A DNA stretch of 64,000 nucleotides from Hormiphora californensis (Eukaryota; Animalia; Ctenophora): positions 1,612,001-1,676,000 of the forward strand of contig CM035360.1 of assembly GCA_020137815.1 (NCBI GenBank), read 5' to 3'. Both the position numbers and the translations under genes were made by a program. Of this stretch, positions 25,801-37,031 are shown piece after piece; within the stretch, counting starts at the first letter, position 1, and the number at the start of each line of letters is the position of its first letter. Below the pieces are notes generated by a model that was not told where the DNA came from, did no database searches, and worked only from the letters and a program-made list of their open reading frames with translations.

Positions 25801-27360
25801 TAGGAAGAATGGGACACTCAATGACACTGTTAACAATGAAACAGCCCAGCAGCAATTCGCTACGGACAGCCTCTATATATATGTGAGTTTTCTCGTTTTC
25901 TAATCACAAGAAAATCACCCTCATTTTCGAACTTTTAGGTTAGATGAGATTTTCCAACCCATTTCCCCCGTTGCAGTTCAGTACGTCCTTTAGTATACCC
26001 TACAACGGGAGCTACGACCGGCTCATGGCGGGGTGTCTCCTCTTCTGCATGGTATACGGGATGATAACCAACACCCTCACCACCACCTTCCTAGCCAAGG
26101 AGCTCCGGAGAATGATCAATAACTCCAGGAGATCCCACACCCAGGGGTTCTTCTACTGTTTCTACCTCATCACATCGATTGTAGACCTAGTGATTAGTAC
26201 AACTGCCTTCCCCGTGGCACTCTCCCTGGCGTTCAATAGGGAACCTGTCCTGTTCGCTAACACTGCGTTTTGCACCTTCTGGGCATTACTCTGGGAGGCT
26301 CTTCCCTTCCTCTCGGTGTTTCTAATCGCCCTTGTAGCAGTGGGCCGTGCCATGACCCTCTTATGGCCATTAGCGGCTGTATCCCGAATAAAACGAGTGT
26401 TCCTCGGTGTGATGTGTTTCTATACTGTGTTCCTGGTCGTCAGTAAGGTGGTTCCGATCTGTTTAAAGTGGGACAAGGGCGGCTGGCACCGTGGTAATCC
26501 ATATCACAAGGACTATCTAGCTCACGGGCACTATAACAAGGATTCGGTGTACTGTTTCGTGTACCCACATGACGTTTACTGGAAGATCAACTCGGTCCAA
26601 TCAGCGGTCCAGTTTGGCCTTCCCGCCATTATTATCCCGGTAGCCAGTGTCACGTGTATTACAGTCATTCTCCGACTGAAGAACACTTGCAAGGCCCTTC
26701 AAATCAAACGGAAAAGTTTCAAGAAGACCTCCACACTGACCGTCCTGATTTTCTGTACAGCCTACATGCTCTGCAACATCCCGGTGTTCATAAATTACAT
26801 CATGTATTCTCGGGTGTGGTTATCTAACATTGCATACGCTAAACTATTCAATACTCCCTACCTGTATTGGTACAGTTGGAGCTTGACTTATGTTGTTAGC
26901 ACATGTGTTAACTCGTGTGTTAACCCTACTATTCTAGTTTCAAGGCTTCCTAAGTTGCGGCAATGGCTGTGGAATCAGTTACTGAAGCAGCCCATTGAGA
27001 TTATTAGTAAGACTTTCTCAAGAACTGTATAGCATGTCTCGAACACCTTATCAGCATTATCTTGAACTCACACCCTAGATCCTATGTGTGGGGGGTCATT
27101 GGCGAGGATAGGAGTGAGGTCAGACCGGACAAAAATATTTGCGTTTATTTCGAAAGTTTATAACCACACGACTCACGAGGCTATCTTTTTATTTAAATTT
27201 TATCGAACTGTATTTATCCAACTACGAAAAAGAAAGAATCAAATTTGTAGGGGTTGGCACGGTTCATATAAATATTTCATTTATTTGTTGTTTGTTTCCT
27301 ATTTCATTCAGCTGCGCTGCTCATTGTAAAAAATAGTTTTCATTTTTTAACGAAAACTAT

Positions 27361-27422
<62 letters not shown>

Positions 27423-30400
27423 TGAATATTAACTCACGATGCAGTAAGCAACGTAGATACGATGAGAGAACCGGCCGGTAATCATCAGAGTCAGTACGTG
27501 TAGGGGAATCAGGTTGATGAGGAACACGTATCCACCCCAGCTAGAAACCTGGAGGAAGTAGAATATTAACAATGGTAATATTGCCCGAGCTAGAACAATT
27601 TGTTGAGTACTACTCGACAAAGAACAATATCAATAGTGTCATCAGGAAAGGGGGACTGAACAAGAAGGGCCAGGGCAGCAAGGAATATTCAGTACAAAAA
27701 CACATGTTTTTAGCCCCCTAGCTCCACAGGATTTAAAGACATGTGTGTCTTCCAATTCACCACGTAACATGCTGCAAGACCTCCAAAACGGGGGGGGAGT
27801 TTGTTACTTTAACTAAGAGAACAAAGACTAACAATGTCCGCCGCATCTAAGTGCCAACTGCTACGTACCATGTAAAAGTAGGCGAGAGCACATGAGAGAC
27901 TCCAGCAGATAGAACCAGTTTTAGAAGCCTTGATCCATGTGTAGTAGGTTAGCAGCATACAGAAGATGGCGATACCTGCCAGGTAGTGAATTGTTCTGAA
28001 TCTTCTGAATCTTCTACTACAGTTTAGTAGAGTCGATAACTACATCGACCTCTCCCAATTGTTCCAGTTTTTGTCACATCTGTTTGGAGCCTCGACACGA
28101 CCTCTAAACAGGTGTTACTTTTTCACAAACTGTTTTCATCTTGGTGTAATCAGCAGTTGAAATTTTGCTGATCATAACAAAAACCTGACTAAATTTTTTC
28201 AACTTGGGGTAAAACCATGGGTGTCAAAAGTTAGCTCTAGGTCCCCTGAGTAACCATCCGGAGACTCTAAGAGATATTTCAAGCCGTTCTCCCGTAATCA
28301 TTAATCCCGGTGGAGAAAAAAATACAATGCGGACGTACGTGAGCGCTGGCAGGCTGTTTACATGTTATTGTATGTCTCTCACTCTCTCTGGAAAAACCGC
28401 ACGTGCCGTTGCGCCGCGCGAGATAACTCTTTCTCAAGGGGGAGAAAAGAGAGAGACGCACATTAACGTTATACATTAAAGTTGAGGTTGTAGGCAATTG
28501 CACGTACGTCCATACTCAAATATGTGCTCTACCGGGATTAATGATTACAGGAGAACGGCTTGAAATATCTCTTGGAGTCTCCGGATGGTTCTATCTATCT
28601 ACGGAGTGCCTGGGCTTGCCAACGGCAAGCCCACATGGGACTATCGCAAAGCGATATCGCCGGCACTAGGAGAATAGCCCCCCTCCCCTCCCCCACCATC
28701 AGGAACTGCCCACAGGACAGGTTCGCATTATAGGTGGCTTCGGGTTCGGGAGGCTAAACTCCTTCGAGAGTCGCAGAATCTTGATTCTTCTTCCCTATTA
28801 GTCTTGGATCTTTGGCTCTGTCTCCCTGCGACAGGTGGGGATGAGTTATACTAATCTTTCTCTTGGTTCTTGAGTTTATTTGCTTTCTCGATTAGCTTGA
28901 TGGCTACCGTGGTGTGATATATTATCGTTTTGCCTAGATCTTTGTACGAAGTTTTGCCGCTTAGTCTCATTCTCTCCGTTTCCAGGATTTCACATTCACA
29001 GATTAGGTGTTTCGCATTTTCTTCTGTTTTAGAGCATAGACTACATATGTCTGTATTCGATTTTCCAATCTTCTTGAGGTAGTAGTTGAACGGCCCTATA
29101 TTTGTGATGAGATGTAGTATGGTTCTATACTTTTTCCTTTGGTTTGCGTACAGTGTCATCTTTTTTGATAGTGAGTTCCATGTTGATTCATTCGTTACTA
29201 GGGTTCTTGTGTGTTTCCCTCCATTTATTAGAAATTGGTTCATGGTTTTTGTTTTGGCTATTTTCGTCGTAGAATTTTTAATATAGCTGTGTGGGATTGG
29301 TATTTGTCTGGTTTCACTGATTGGTTTGCTGCATCCTTCTATGAAACCCGATAGCTGATATAACAGTCGCTTGAAGAATTTGCGCGCACATGATAACCGC
29401 CAGCTGGGAGATTTAACACCCTCCTCGCAGTTTGACAGACCAGTTCCCTATTTCACGCGTTTCTCTTCATTTGAATAACATGCGTGTAAAATTCTAAGTA
29501 TTGAAAATGTGTGTAAACACACAATTCTGTCAACAAAAGAAAGGGGAAACATGTCTGCAACACGTTTCAATGTTATCTCTCTCATAAGGAGTGAAAAGAA
29601 TCACATTCCATTCATTTCTCTCTCTCATTGTCTCTTTTACTGTTCACTACCTCTGACAGTGTGTATTGCCCCTAATCTTTCTCTCTCTTTCTCAAACATG
29701 TTAGGAACAGTAGACACTAAGTCTACACACATTTTCAGGGTATCTGTTGACTATTTACCAGCAGTTCTAGTGTGTTTCACCTTGTGTTGTGTCTCTTATT
29801 TGTGTGTAATTACTATCGGGTTTCATAAAATATGAACGTTTGTTAGCCTATCGCGTTATAGGTTTAAATCACCTCCCCCTCACCCTCGGCTGGCGCCTCG
29901 GGATCGGCGTCGGGATTTAAACCAGTTTAATCGCCCTGCCGGGCGATTAAACTCCAGTTGGCTGTCCCCAGCTCGCGCTGGGAACAGCCAACTTCATAAC
30001 GCGCCAGTCTACAAACGTTCATACTTCATTTGGCAAGTTGGTCAGCTATCTCATTACCTTGGATGCCGATATGTGCTTTGACCCATTTTATTTTCACCGT
30101 ATTGTTTTGTGCTAGTTGGTTGAGTTCCGCGTTGCATTCCTTAATTGTTAAGGAGTCGGAGGTCAGTTTACTTAGTGCACTTATGCTGGCGGCTGAATCT
30201 GATCTGATGTGGATGTGGTGATTTCGTGTCCCATTGTTGTTTAGTTCCTCTGCTGCTCTTTTAATTGCTGTTACTTCGGCTTGGAAGACTGTGCTATAAT
30301 TTGGTAATCTTTCTGAGATATCGATTTCTTGTGTAAGCACTGTGGATTTTGAGTGTGCTCCTAGCCCCGTTTGGTTAGCTTCGTTTTTCGATCCATCCGT

Positions 30401-33400
30401 GTATACTGTTAGTGCATTTTTGTCCTCCTCATCTAGTGTACCTGTTTCCCAGTCTATTGTTGTCTCATAGTATTTCATAAGGGTTTCTTTGGTTGTTTTG
30501 TCTAGTGGGCGTACTGGTAGCTCTAGTTCTTCCCACAACCTGTTGCATGTATGAGCATGGGTATAGTTGGTTAACATACCTTTTTCTTTAGTCCATTTCC
30601 CATTTGCTTTTAGGCGCCCAGTGGTTTCAGTAGCTGTTTTCTCTACGTGGTGTATTATGTCTGTAGTGTTCGTTATGATGTTTAGGTCAGCCCCTGCAGT
30701 GTTAGGGAAGGCACCGGTTGCTATTCTGAGAGCTAACCTTTGCACCGCTCTCAGTTTCTTGGCATTATGTTGTTTATAAATCGCATTTATCCATATTGGT
30801 GCTGCGTACGTTATGAGGGGTCTGATGGTTTGTCTGTAGAGCCATATCGCTACTTTGGGGGATAGTCCCCATGTGGGTCCGATGGCGATGTTGGCTCTCA
30901 TCAGGTTCCTTTTGGCTTTTTTTGTGATGTTATCAATGTGTTTGTTGAAGTTTAGTCTGTTGTCTATCGTAACTCCAAGGAATTTTGTTGTGGTGCTTAG
31001 TTTTATTTCTGTTCCTTCAATGAAGATTGGTTTAAGTACCCATTTCCTTTTTGTGGTGAACATTATCATAGTAGTTTTTATTGCGCTGAGCGAAAGGCCT
31101 TGGTCTTTACACCAGTTGTTTATGTGGTTGAGAGTTGTTTGTGTTCTGTGTCTTATTATCTCTATATCGTCTCCTTCGGCCAGTGATATGAGGTCATCTG
31201 CAAATGCTTGTAGGTATGCTGGTGTGTCTTTGGCTGTGCTTTGTAGTAGGCTATCTAATACAATATTCCATATTAGCGGCGAGAGAATCCCTCCTTGAGC
31301 TACGCCTCTCTTTATTTGGAAGGTAATGTTCTCATTTTTATGTTCAACGTATAGTGACCTTGTTGTTGTCATATCCATTATCCAGTTTATTGTCTTTGTG
31401 TTTATCCCTTTGTTTATGAGGCCCCGTTGGATTGCTTCGAATGATATCTTGTCGAAGGCACCCTCGACGTCTAGGAATACACCTAATGCAAACTGTTTCC
31501 TTTTCATCCTTTTTTCAATCTTGTGAACGATTTTGTGTAATGCGGCTTCTGTGGAGTTAGATTTTCTGAACCCGAATTGTTTATCGTTAAGCTGTGAGTC
31601 TATCTTGTTTTCTCCGGATGGTTACTCAGGGGACCTAGAGCTAACTTTTGACACCCATGGTTTTACCCCAAGTTGAAAAAATTTAGTCAGGTTTTTGTTA
31701 TGATCAACAACATTTCAACTGCTGATTACACCAAGATGAAAACAGTTTGTGAAAAAGTAACACCTGTTTAGAGGTCGTGTCGAGGCTCCAAACTGATGTG
31801 ACAAAAACTGGAACAATTGGGAGAGGTCGATGTAGTTATCGACTCTACTAGTTATTATAGAAATAAGTTGTTATGCCAACCATTGGTTGTCATGACAACT
31901 TAGTTGCCATGACAACCATGATAATCAGTGTACCTTCATTGTCGTAAGATCCAGCGACACTTCGTGAAATATAACCCGGTACAATTGCTATCATGGATGC
32001 AGCAACCAGACCAGCTCCAACACTCTAAAAAAATGGGAAGGCAGGGGGGTCAACACGGGATGCATTCTTCTTTGTCATGTTCTAACCCTGTGTTTACATT
32101 TGCGGAGCTAGCGACAAGGTGGTCGAGCTGGGCAAGGAAGGGTTTAGTAACTACACTTGTACGCTGCTTTTAACAAATTAAATCGAACATTTAGAACTTG
32201 TCACAGCCTGCTAAACTTGACAACTTTCTAGCTTTAACCAACCACCTAGCTCGACCCCATCGAACAAATGTAAAGGAGGGTTAGAACATGAAACCAGTAT
32301 GGTTAGGTGGTCGGTTAGGTGGTTGATTAAAGCTAGGAAGATGTCAAGTTTAGCAGGCTGTGGCAAGTTCTAAATGTTCAATTTAATATGTTAAAAGCAG
32401 CGTACAAGTACGATTGAATTTGTACAGAGTCATGAGTGGTTAGATTCTAACCACTCATGACACTGTACAAATTCAATTGTAAATGCCAATTAGTTAGTTA
32501 GTTTGATTGATTGATTAATTGATTAGTTAGTTAATTAGTTACCTTGACTTCCTTGGTCAGTAGATAAACCACGATGACAGTAAAGGAGGAGAACATGGGG
32601 GCAAGGAAGACACATACGTTCCTGAAATGGTGGAGGGGGTGACCGGTGAGTAATACAGCTGGGGGCTGAGTGGTTAATAACACAGGGTTAGATTTATAAA
32701 AGAGGGGGTGAGTACTGAGTAACACAGTCGACACAGTGGGGAGTAAGAGAGGTTTTGTTACTCAGAGAGGGGGTGGTAGCTACCTATTACCACTACGCTA
32801 TGTTTCACAGCCGAACGTGATCAAGGTAAGGGAAATCATTGAATTGTTATTTAGAAGAGAACAAAACAAAATGCTGAGAAAGTAAAACGTGAGGTACCTT
32901 CTCAAGTAAAAAACACAAGTATGTACCTGATATTGATGGTAACGTTGAAGAAGTTGAAGACATTGTAGACAGCCGCTGCTGTTACCATAAGTCCTGGATA
33001 GATGGTTCCTCCAATAATCCTACCGAGTGGGTACCATGCTCGGTCATCAAACCAGTTATGGAACTCGTAGTATCCATTCTCAACTAGTTGCTTGGTGGTG
33101 CGGTAGTTGAAGTACCTGGAGAGAGAGGGGTGAGGGTGTGAAATGCTGATATATATATTTTGAAGTGATCCGCTGGAGAGGAAGCTAAAATGAGCAATAC
33201 CCGTCCCTCCCACCCGTCCCTCATTTACAGACCCAGTAAGTATAGAAACAAAGGTACAGTCGGACCCCGATTTACCTGAACCCCGATTTACCGGGAGGAT
33301 AAACTTCCCCCGATATAGGACATTAACGGCATTTGACCCCAATTTGCCGGGCAAAACCCTTTCTCCCGAGCATCCGTGTAAATCGGGTCCGACTGGTATT

Positions 33401-36400
33401 ATACCAGTCGGACCCGATTTACACGGATGCTCGGGGGAAAGGGTTTTGCCCAATAAATAATTGAGCCACGTTTGCAACGATCCATGGAGAGCGGCCACCG
33501 ACCTTAGTGTATGTATGCGCGCGCGTTTCTGTAGATGTCCGCGCCCCCATTTCCAATATCATGTTTCCGCGCCCTACTGATTTGATAAGACCTACGTGTC
33601 ACCTCGGGTCTACATGATGTTGGAGCGAGTGCGTATCGGTAGTCGTGGGGGGGGGGTGAGTCCTGTTAGTGGTAGTCAATAGTCATCCCACAGTAGCAGG
33701 ATATACTTGATTTAGTGACTGTGCACTGTAGGGTGTGCTAAGTGAAAATTTTGTCGACTTGGCCAAAAGGTTAAGGGTAGATATGAAACTATGGACAATT
33801 GTCTACTACATCCTGAAAACGGAATTGGGATAGTGTATGTCAATTACGTGGGCCAGGCGATTAAAAAAGTTTACTTTTTTACCGAAAAAAGGAAAATATG
33901 TGTGTTTTACACCAGTGTTTGGCATGTTCTTGATATCAACTTTTTATGGTCAGGGTCGTGTTCAGCGGTTTGATACCGATCAGAATGGATGTGTATCATG
34001 AAAGTTAGCCAAAGGTCATTTTTGACCTGAAAATGTTCATTTTGGACCAAAAATGTTCATTTTTGACTAAAAATGTTCATTTTGGCCATTTTCTTCAATT
34101 TTGAGAGCTTTTTCATGAACGGGATCGTGTTCAGCAGGTCAAAAGTAGTCGGTTACAACCGGAATTTGGTTTCCGACAAATAAAATCTCAAAAAGTTAAA
34201 ATTCGTCTCAACTGCAAAGTTGCTAAGTTAGACTGTTTTTCGCACGCCCCTTACAAATGTAAAGGGAGGGTTAGAACATAACAACTGCAAAGTAGGAAAA
34301 TGTGCAAGAAAAAAAGATGAAAAAAAAATAAAATTTTCATTATAAAATGGAGTTCTGAAGGTGCAGACTGGAAATAATAGTTGTACTGGTTCTCATGAGG
34401 CGATTCACATGTGTGGTTTTTTCGAAATAACGCCCCAAAAAACATTTTTTGATATGAATATGCCCATATATGGGCATACATCGGCCCACGTAATTGGGCC
34501 AGGGTAGGACTAAAATTTTTTTACCAAATGTTTTAGAATGATCGTAGGAACTCATTCTAGGGGTAAACTTTGTGAAAATTGGATTTGATTTATGAGTTGG
34601 GAAAAATAGCACACCCTGTGCACAGCTGATTTAAAGTGATTTATCAAGCTGGCAGCTGCAAGATAGACAAAGAGTGAAATACAATGAGAATGGAAACAGC
34701 TGGTGTCATACAAAAAGAAACAGAGATTTGGAGATTGATCTACATCAATGGAATAAATGGAATCTTTAAAAATAAAAATAAAAGCTTATCTAAATCTTTA
34801 GAAACTGAAATTCTACTTTCTATAATCTGTATTGGATAAATATTATTTCGTTGTATGCATTGTTTTATTTGTAAAAACTAAACTCTGTCTCTCAACACAA
34901 TTAAACTAAACTATACGATGTTATGTTCTGACCCGACTTTAAATTTGTAAAAGCGTCGATATCTAGGCAAACTATACTATCATAATATGAGTGTTTACTA
35001 AACCGTCAATTCTTTCTTCTTCACACTTTCTTCTTTCACATCACAAGAGGATAAACATCCTTCACATAATGTTGGCAGTTGTTAGTTGTAACATCGTAAT
35101 CTAATCTGACTCTGTCCACACTATTTGCAATGTCAAACAACTCCTTTAAACTGTACTGCCTGCCAAGACGACTCCAGGTACCCGAATTACACTCTCCATC
35201 CATTCCTTCCAGTACAACCGGGCCGTTGCTCGTCAGGCACCGACTGTCTTCTTCTTCTTGGAGGCCGTCACTTCTTGCGTCGAGACGAAGGGCTGGATCC
35301 AAAGGGTTTCCGTTACTCGGTAGATTCGTAGTCATTCTCTTCACCCAAACCCGTGACATGGTCTTGTTTTTACAAATTGCCAACGCCGCATTTTTGATGG
35401 AACCGTATACAATGCTCAAAGTTAGTTTAGACGGGCCAATTGAAGATCCACGAGCGCATCCACTACCTGTATTACCGAATTGCGCTATGAAATAGCAGTC
35501 AATGTCCATGTCATCTTCGCGACCACGAACAACCAATGCCCAATGCTTTGCACTGTGACCGAGCTTACTATAGGACAATTTGTTCACAGGACCTGATCGA
35601 GAGAGCTGGGAAGCCCAAACTGCCTTGCGAGTAAACACAATGGACCGATATTGAGGATCATCGATGTTTTCTTCAGTCAACTCTGTCACTTTTTTCGGGC
35701 TTACCAGGGTTTCTACATTCCTATCCTGCCAGATGATGCTTCCTTGGTAAACCACCCCGACCAACCCAAGAGCACCAAAGGTGCAAATAGCGGCTACAAT
35801 TGCCACAGGAAGTGCCATGTTTAGAGTAGTCCGTAGTATTATTTTATGAAAGGTAAATAATAAATATATCTCATACGATGAGCAACAGTTTCAAACAAAA
35901 AAGAACGAAGTTAGTCGTTACTATGCGAGTGTTGCATAAACAAATTGAATTAATTATAGCAGTTTGTCGGGTGTTAGATACTGAGAGGTGACCTCAGCAG
36001 TCAAACATATGAACTAGGTAACAGCCCAATATTTATGTAAGCCCAATAGGTTTGAACTGTCTCCGAAATCCCATTACATAATTTGTTTAGCGACAGCTAA
36101 GCCCAATAATGACACTAAAACTGATTCTGAGACTCAATTTCTCAGTAACAGAATATGATATTCCCTCCCTTTCAACCTTTTTTCGTCTACTCTCTCCATA
36201 CTAGCGACAAAAGTGTTGGAGCTTGTTATGGAAAACATCCTTGATCCTAATCAGCGAAAGTAGTAATATGGTCAGTTGATCACGGATGAAATTACCATGT
36301 TGTGCTAACACTTAAATTTTATGTCGATAATTCATAATTTAATGTCATTTAAGTGTGTGATTTATGAACATGAAACAATGGTAGAAATTATGAAATGCAA

Positions 36401-36818
36401 ACCCCCTATGATTGACAACTACCCCATTTCACCCGCTATCAAGGGTGGTAGCCCAAATATATAACCTGTACCCCACCCCCACCAACACCCCCTCCAACCC
36501 CACCCTTGTACCCCACCCCTGCACCCCAGTTCCCACCCTCTAGAGTCTAGAACTTACGGATCGAACTCGTGGATGACACTTTCAAAACGAAGAACGGAGA
36601 ACAGTCGTACTGAAAACGCTGAAAAATTGAATTCGTTACAAATAAATTGCACTAATAATTTAAACTACCAAATCAATTAAAAGATTGATCTCCTCCAAAT
36701 ACTTGGATGACTTACACAGAATGCAGGCTACAGAAAGAATGGTCATCTGTACCAGCGTCTCCTTTTTAGCTTGGGAGAGGGTTGCTATACCCATCCTCTC
36801 CAGTAGCGTCTTGGCCAT
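1710..36818 (-). CDS. STT3A: Oligosaccharyltransferase catalytic subunit STT3 (STT3A-like), 16 exons in window, C-terminus continues beyond position 1
   Basis: Exons 36818-36716, 36618-36558, 33115-32927, 32621-32543, 32024-31934, 27975-27869, 27548-27438, 22497-22293, 21986-21779, 21330-21209, 20203-20091, 18879-18728, 18496-18401, 3220-3121, 2202-2091, 1822-1710; all GT-AG and phase-compatible. Motifs [69 protein letters not shown]. One extra base near 1773-1775. Confidence 0.95.
2254..2558. repeat. 19-bp G-rich minisatellite (CGGGGCCAGGGTTGGGTAA)n in an STT3 intron
   Basis: About 16 tandem units visible directly; explains the Pro-rich ORF 2083-2730. Confidence 0.9.
5804..6111 (+). repeat. 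Left TIR of Polinton-like element
   Basis: Reverse complement of 15197-15504; no mismatch noticed by eye. Confidence 0.95.
6297..6731 (-). CDS. 144-aa stand-alone paralog of the pPolB N-terminal (terminal-protein-like) domain
   Basis: Intronless ORF with TATAAATA at 6771-6764; aligns by eye over its whole length to the pPolB segment encoded at about 8290-8700. Confidence 0.8.
   Translation of the reverse strand: MDDFLKNVGDSVKPLYRKNWKTIKHSVKKGILKDMYHFPISPYDSIPGKLGGVLKYYKKPVKVNVAFGYILRNTETDELKFFHPSNNTMVFETAQVIADQDDIMKVKNEIERDDLVEIARESRHSSKWVVETIVCIRFDVYRYS
7555..13371 (+). CDS. Protein-primed family B DNA polymerase (group-2 Polinton type), 14 exons, about 1402 aa
   Basis: Exons 7555-7641, 7745-7795, 7939-7980, 8065-10231, 10308-10463, 10709-10789, 11015-11222, 11381-11543, 11617-11804, 11896-12176, 12259-12449, 12534-12690, 12847-12981, 13070-13371 join in frame (4209 nt). 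Exo motifs FDIE, FNGAKYD, YNNLD; VGGP; motif A DANALYL; motif [10 protein letters not shown]; motif C MDTDS; KGV. The first three exons are less certain. Confidence 0.92.
10476..10647. mobile_element. TA-flanked MITE inside pPolB intron 5
   Basis: TA|CAGTCAGAACCCGATTTAGTGAC ... GTCACTAAATCGGGGTCCGACTG|TA; related copy at 33257-33395. Confidence 0.85.
13508..14224 (-). CDS. 238-aa element ORF: C2H2 zinc finger, acidic linker, coiled coil, basic helical C-domain
   Basis: CNVC-x12-HEKYDH finger; TATAAAAG at 14266-14259; convergent with pPolB. Confidence 0.75.
   Translation of the reverse strand: MYSCNVCDLKFETVYHLLQHEKYDHEKWGPVGDDSVDDNEEIETSLDKEEVNETDDEKEESEKKFDPLTDIDFKTLYQKRDSQARKYERLYKSKLNESKQHLERIHLFEKQLDEFRTNFNDTKFNEFSDTIINAKSIRNYLELQQLIDLKSFKSIARSNKLLKAIKNLFTGLKYGAVPLVVSQKKRLNAKGRKLIRVVDCKSLEEIKLLLLNHSKDFYNIFQIIGRTLSLISSLEYDN
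14291..14683 (-). CDS. 130-aa highly acidic element ORF, unknown function
   Basis: Intronless ORF, TATAAAAG at 14723-14716, C-terminal CPTC. Confidence 0.65.
   Translation of the reverse strand: MSNSRSFLKALRLDDKKRNEDSESDQDSEPEELSELSDDEIDSPESEDEKTYSSLLKCFGLKNDLINADFSEIELTPEEELLINAIKDNESLIVIRELLQENLETVEDIIEKVFPEEEENCPTCRNKDEQ
15197..15504 (-). repeat. Right TIR of Polinton-like element
   Basis: Reverse complement of 5804-6111. Confidence 0.95.
15251..15325 (+). promoter_or_regulatory. tRNA-like Pol III A/B-box module inside the TIR (mirror copy 5983-6057, minus strand)
   Basis: A-box-like TGGCCGCATGG (15260-15270) and B-box-like GAGTTCAAACC (15303-15313) within a T-arm-like stem AGCG...CGCT; acceptor stem does not pair. 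Confidence 0.5.
18847..19118 (-). repeat. Five tandem copies of the STT3 exon-12 splice acceptor plus first 33 coding nt
   Basis: Unit on minus strand: (C)nGCAG|ATTGCAACAGTGATCGTTACAGTAGTCAGTATC ([11 protein letters not shown]). Confidence 0.9.
20945..21053. mobile_element. 109-bp hAT-type MITE (other copies 25610-25718, 50872-50980)
   Basis: CAGGAACCGACCGA...TCGGTCGGTTC(A/C)TG termini; 8-bp TSD CTTAGTTG at this copy. Confidence 0.8.
22909..24384. mobile_element. 1.48-kb foldback element with CACGGTG...CACCGTG ends, Chapaev-like
   Basis: About 720-bp inverted arms, 4-bp TSD TGGA, no coding capacity. Confidence 0.8.
25784..27032 (+). CDS. Rhodopsin-like orphan 7TM receptor nested antisense in STT3 intron 7
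   Basis: Exon 1 25784-25882 (NGT, NDT, NET sequons) joins in phase 0 to 25977-27032; seven hydrophobic segments, TM2 Asp (IVDL), TM3 Cys, CNIP in TM6, NSCVNP in TM7. Confidence 0.88.
28591..31610 (-). mobile_element. 5'-truncated non-LTR retrotransposon with RT, RNase H and C-terminal CCHC finger (R1/LOA/I-group type)
   Basis: [45 protein letters not shown]...HLICEC; (TAGA)n tail; 13-bp TSD TCTCCGGATGGTT. Confidence 0.93.
29340..30028. mobile_element. About 690-bp non-coding insertion interrupting the LINE ORF, possibly of tyrosine-recombinase (Crypton/DIRS) type
   Basis: LINE frame resumes on either side (ADQLAK / EGCSKP); ends TATGAAACCC...CGTTCATA with internal complements at 29813-29843; CCCTCGGCTGGCGCCTCGGG hairpin. 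Confidence 0.7.
33257..33395. mobile_element. MITE related to 10476-10647
   Basis: CAGTCGGACCCCGATTTAC ... GTAAATCGGGTCCGACTG, followed by a partial inverted copy to about 33452. Confidence 0.75.
35036..35818 (-). CDS. 260-aa permuted papain-like (LRAT/PPPDE-type NlpC/P60) protein nested in STT3 intron 2
   Basis: Intronless ORF with N-terminal hydrophobic helix, KHWALVV and [12 protein letters not shown] motifs (His before Cys). Confidence 0.75.
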   Translation of the reverse strand: MALPVAIVAAICTFGALGLVGVVYQGSIIWQDRNVETLVSPKKVTELTEENIDDPQYRSIVFTRKAVWASQLSRSGPVNKLSYSKLGHSAKHWALVVRGREDDMDIDCYFIAQFGNTGSGCARGSSIGPSKLTLSIVYGSIKNAALAICKNKTMSRVWVKRMTTNLPSNGNPLDPALRLDARSDGLQEEEDSRCLTSNGPVVLEGMDGECNSGTWSRLGRQYSLKELFDIANSVDRVRLDYDVTTNNCQHYVKDVYPLVM

Positions 36819-37031
36819 GGTCTAGATAGAAGTCGTTTTGAATATAATAGTAATACTGGAACTAAGTTAAATGCAGTTGTAAAGAGTTAAAAAGAAATTA
36901 ACAACATGGAATAATAGTCGCCAGCAACTGTTATATAACAAATATAAAACACACATCAAGAAAGTGAGATCATTACTTTTACTAAGGAGAGCAAAAGAAA
37001 GATTGTTACATTAACTAAGGTGAGATTTCCA

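Larger units (their letters stand above)
28027..31848. mobile_element. TA-flanked foldback MITE hosting a LINE insertion
   Basis: TA|GTAGAGTCGATAACTAC ... GTAGTTATCGACTCTAC|TA; right arm split at 28590/31611. Confidence 0.85.
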
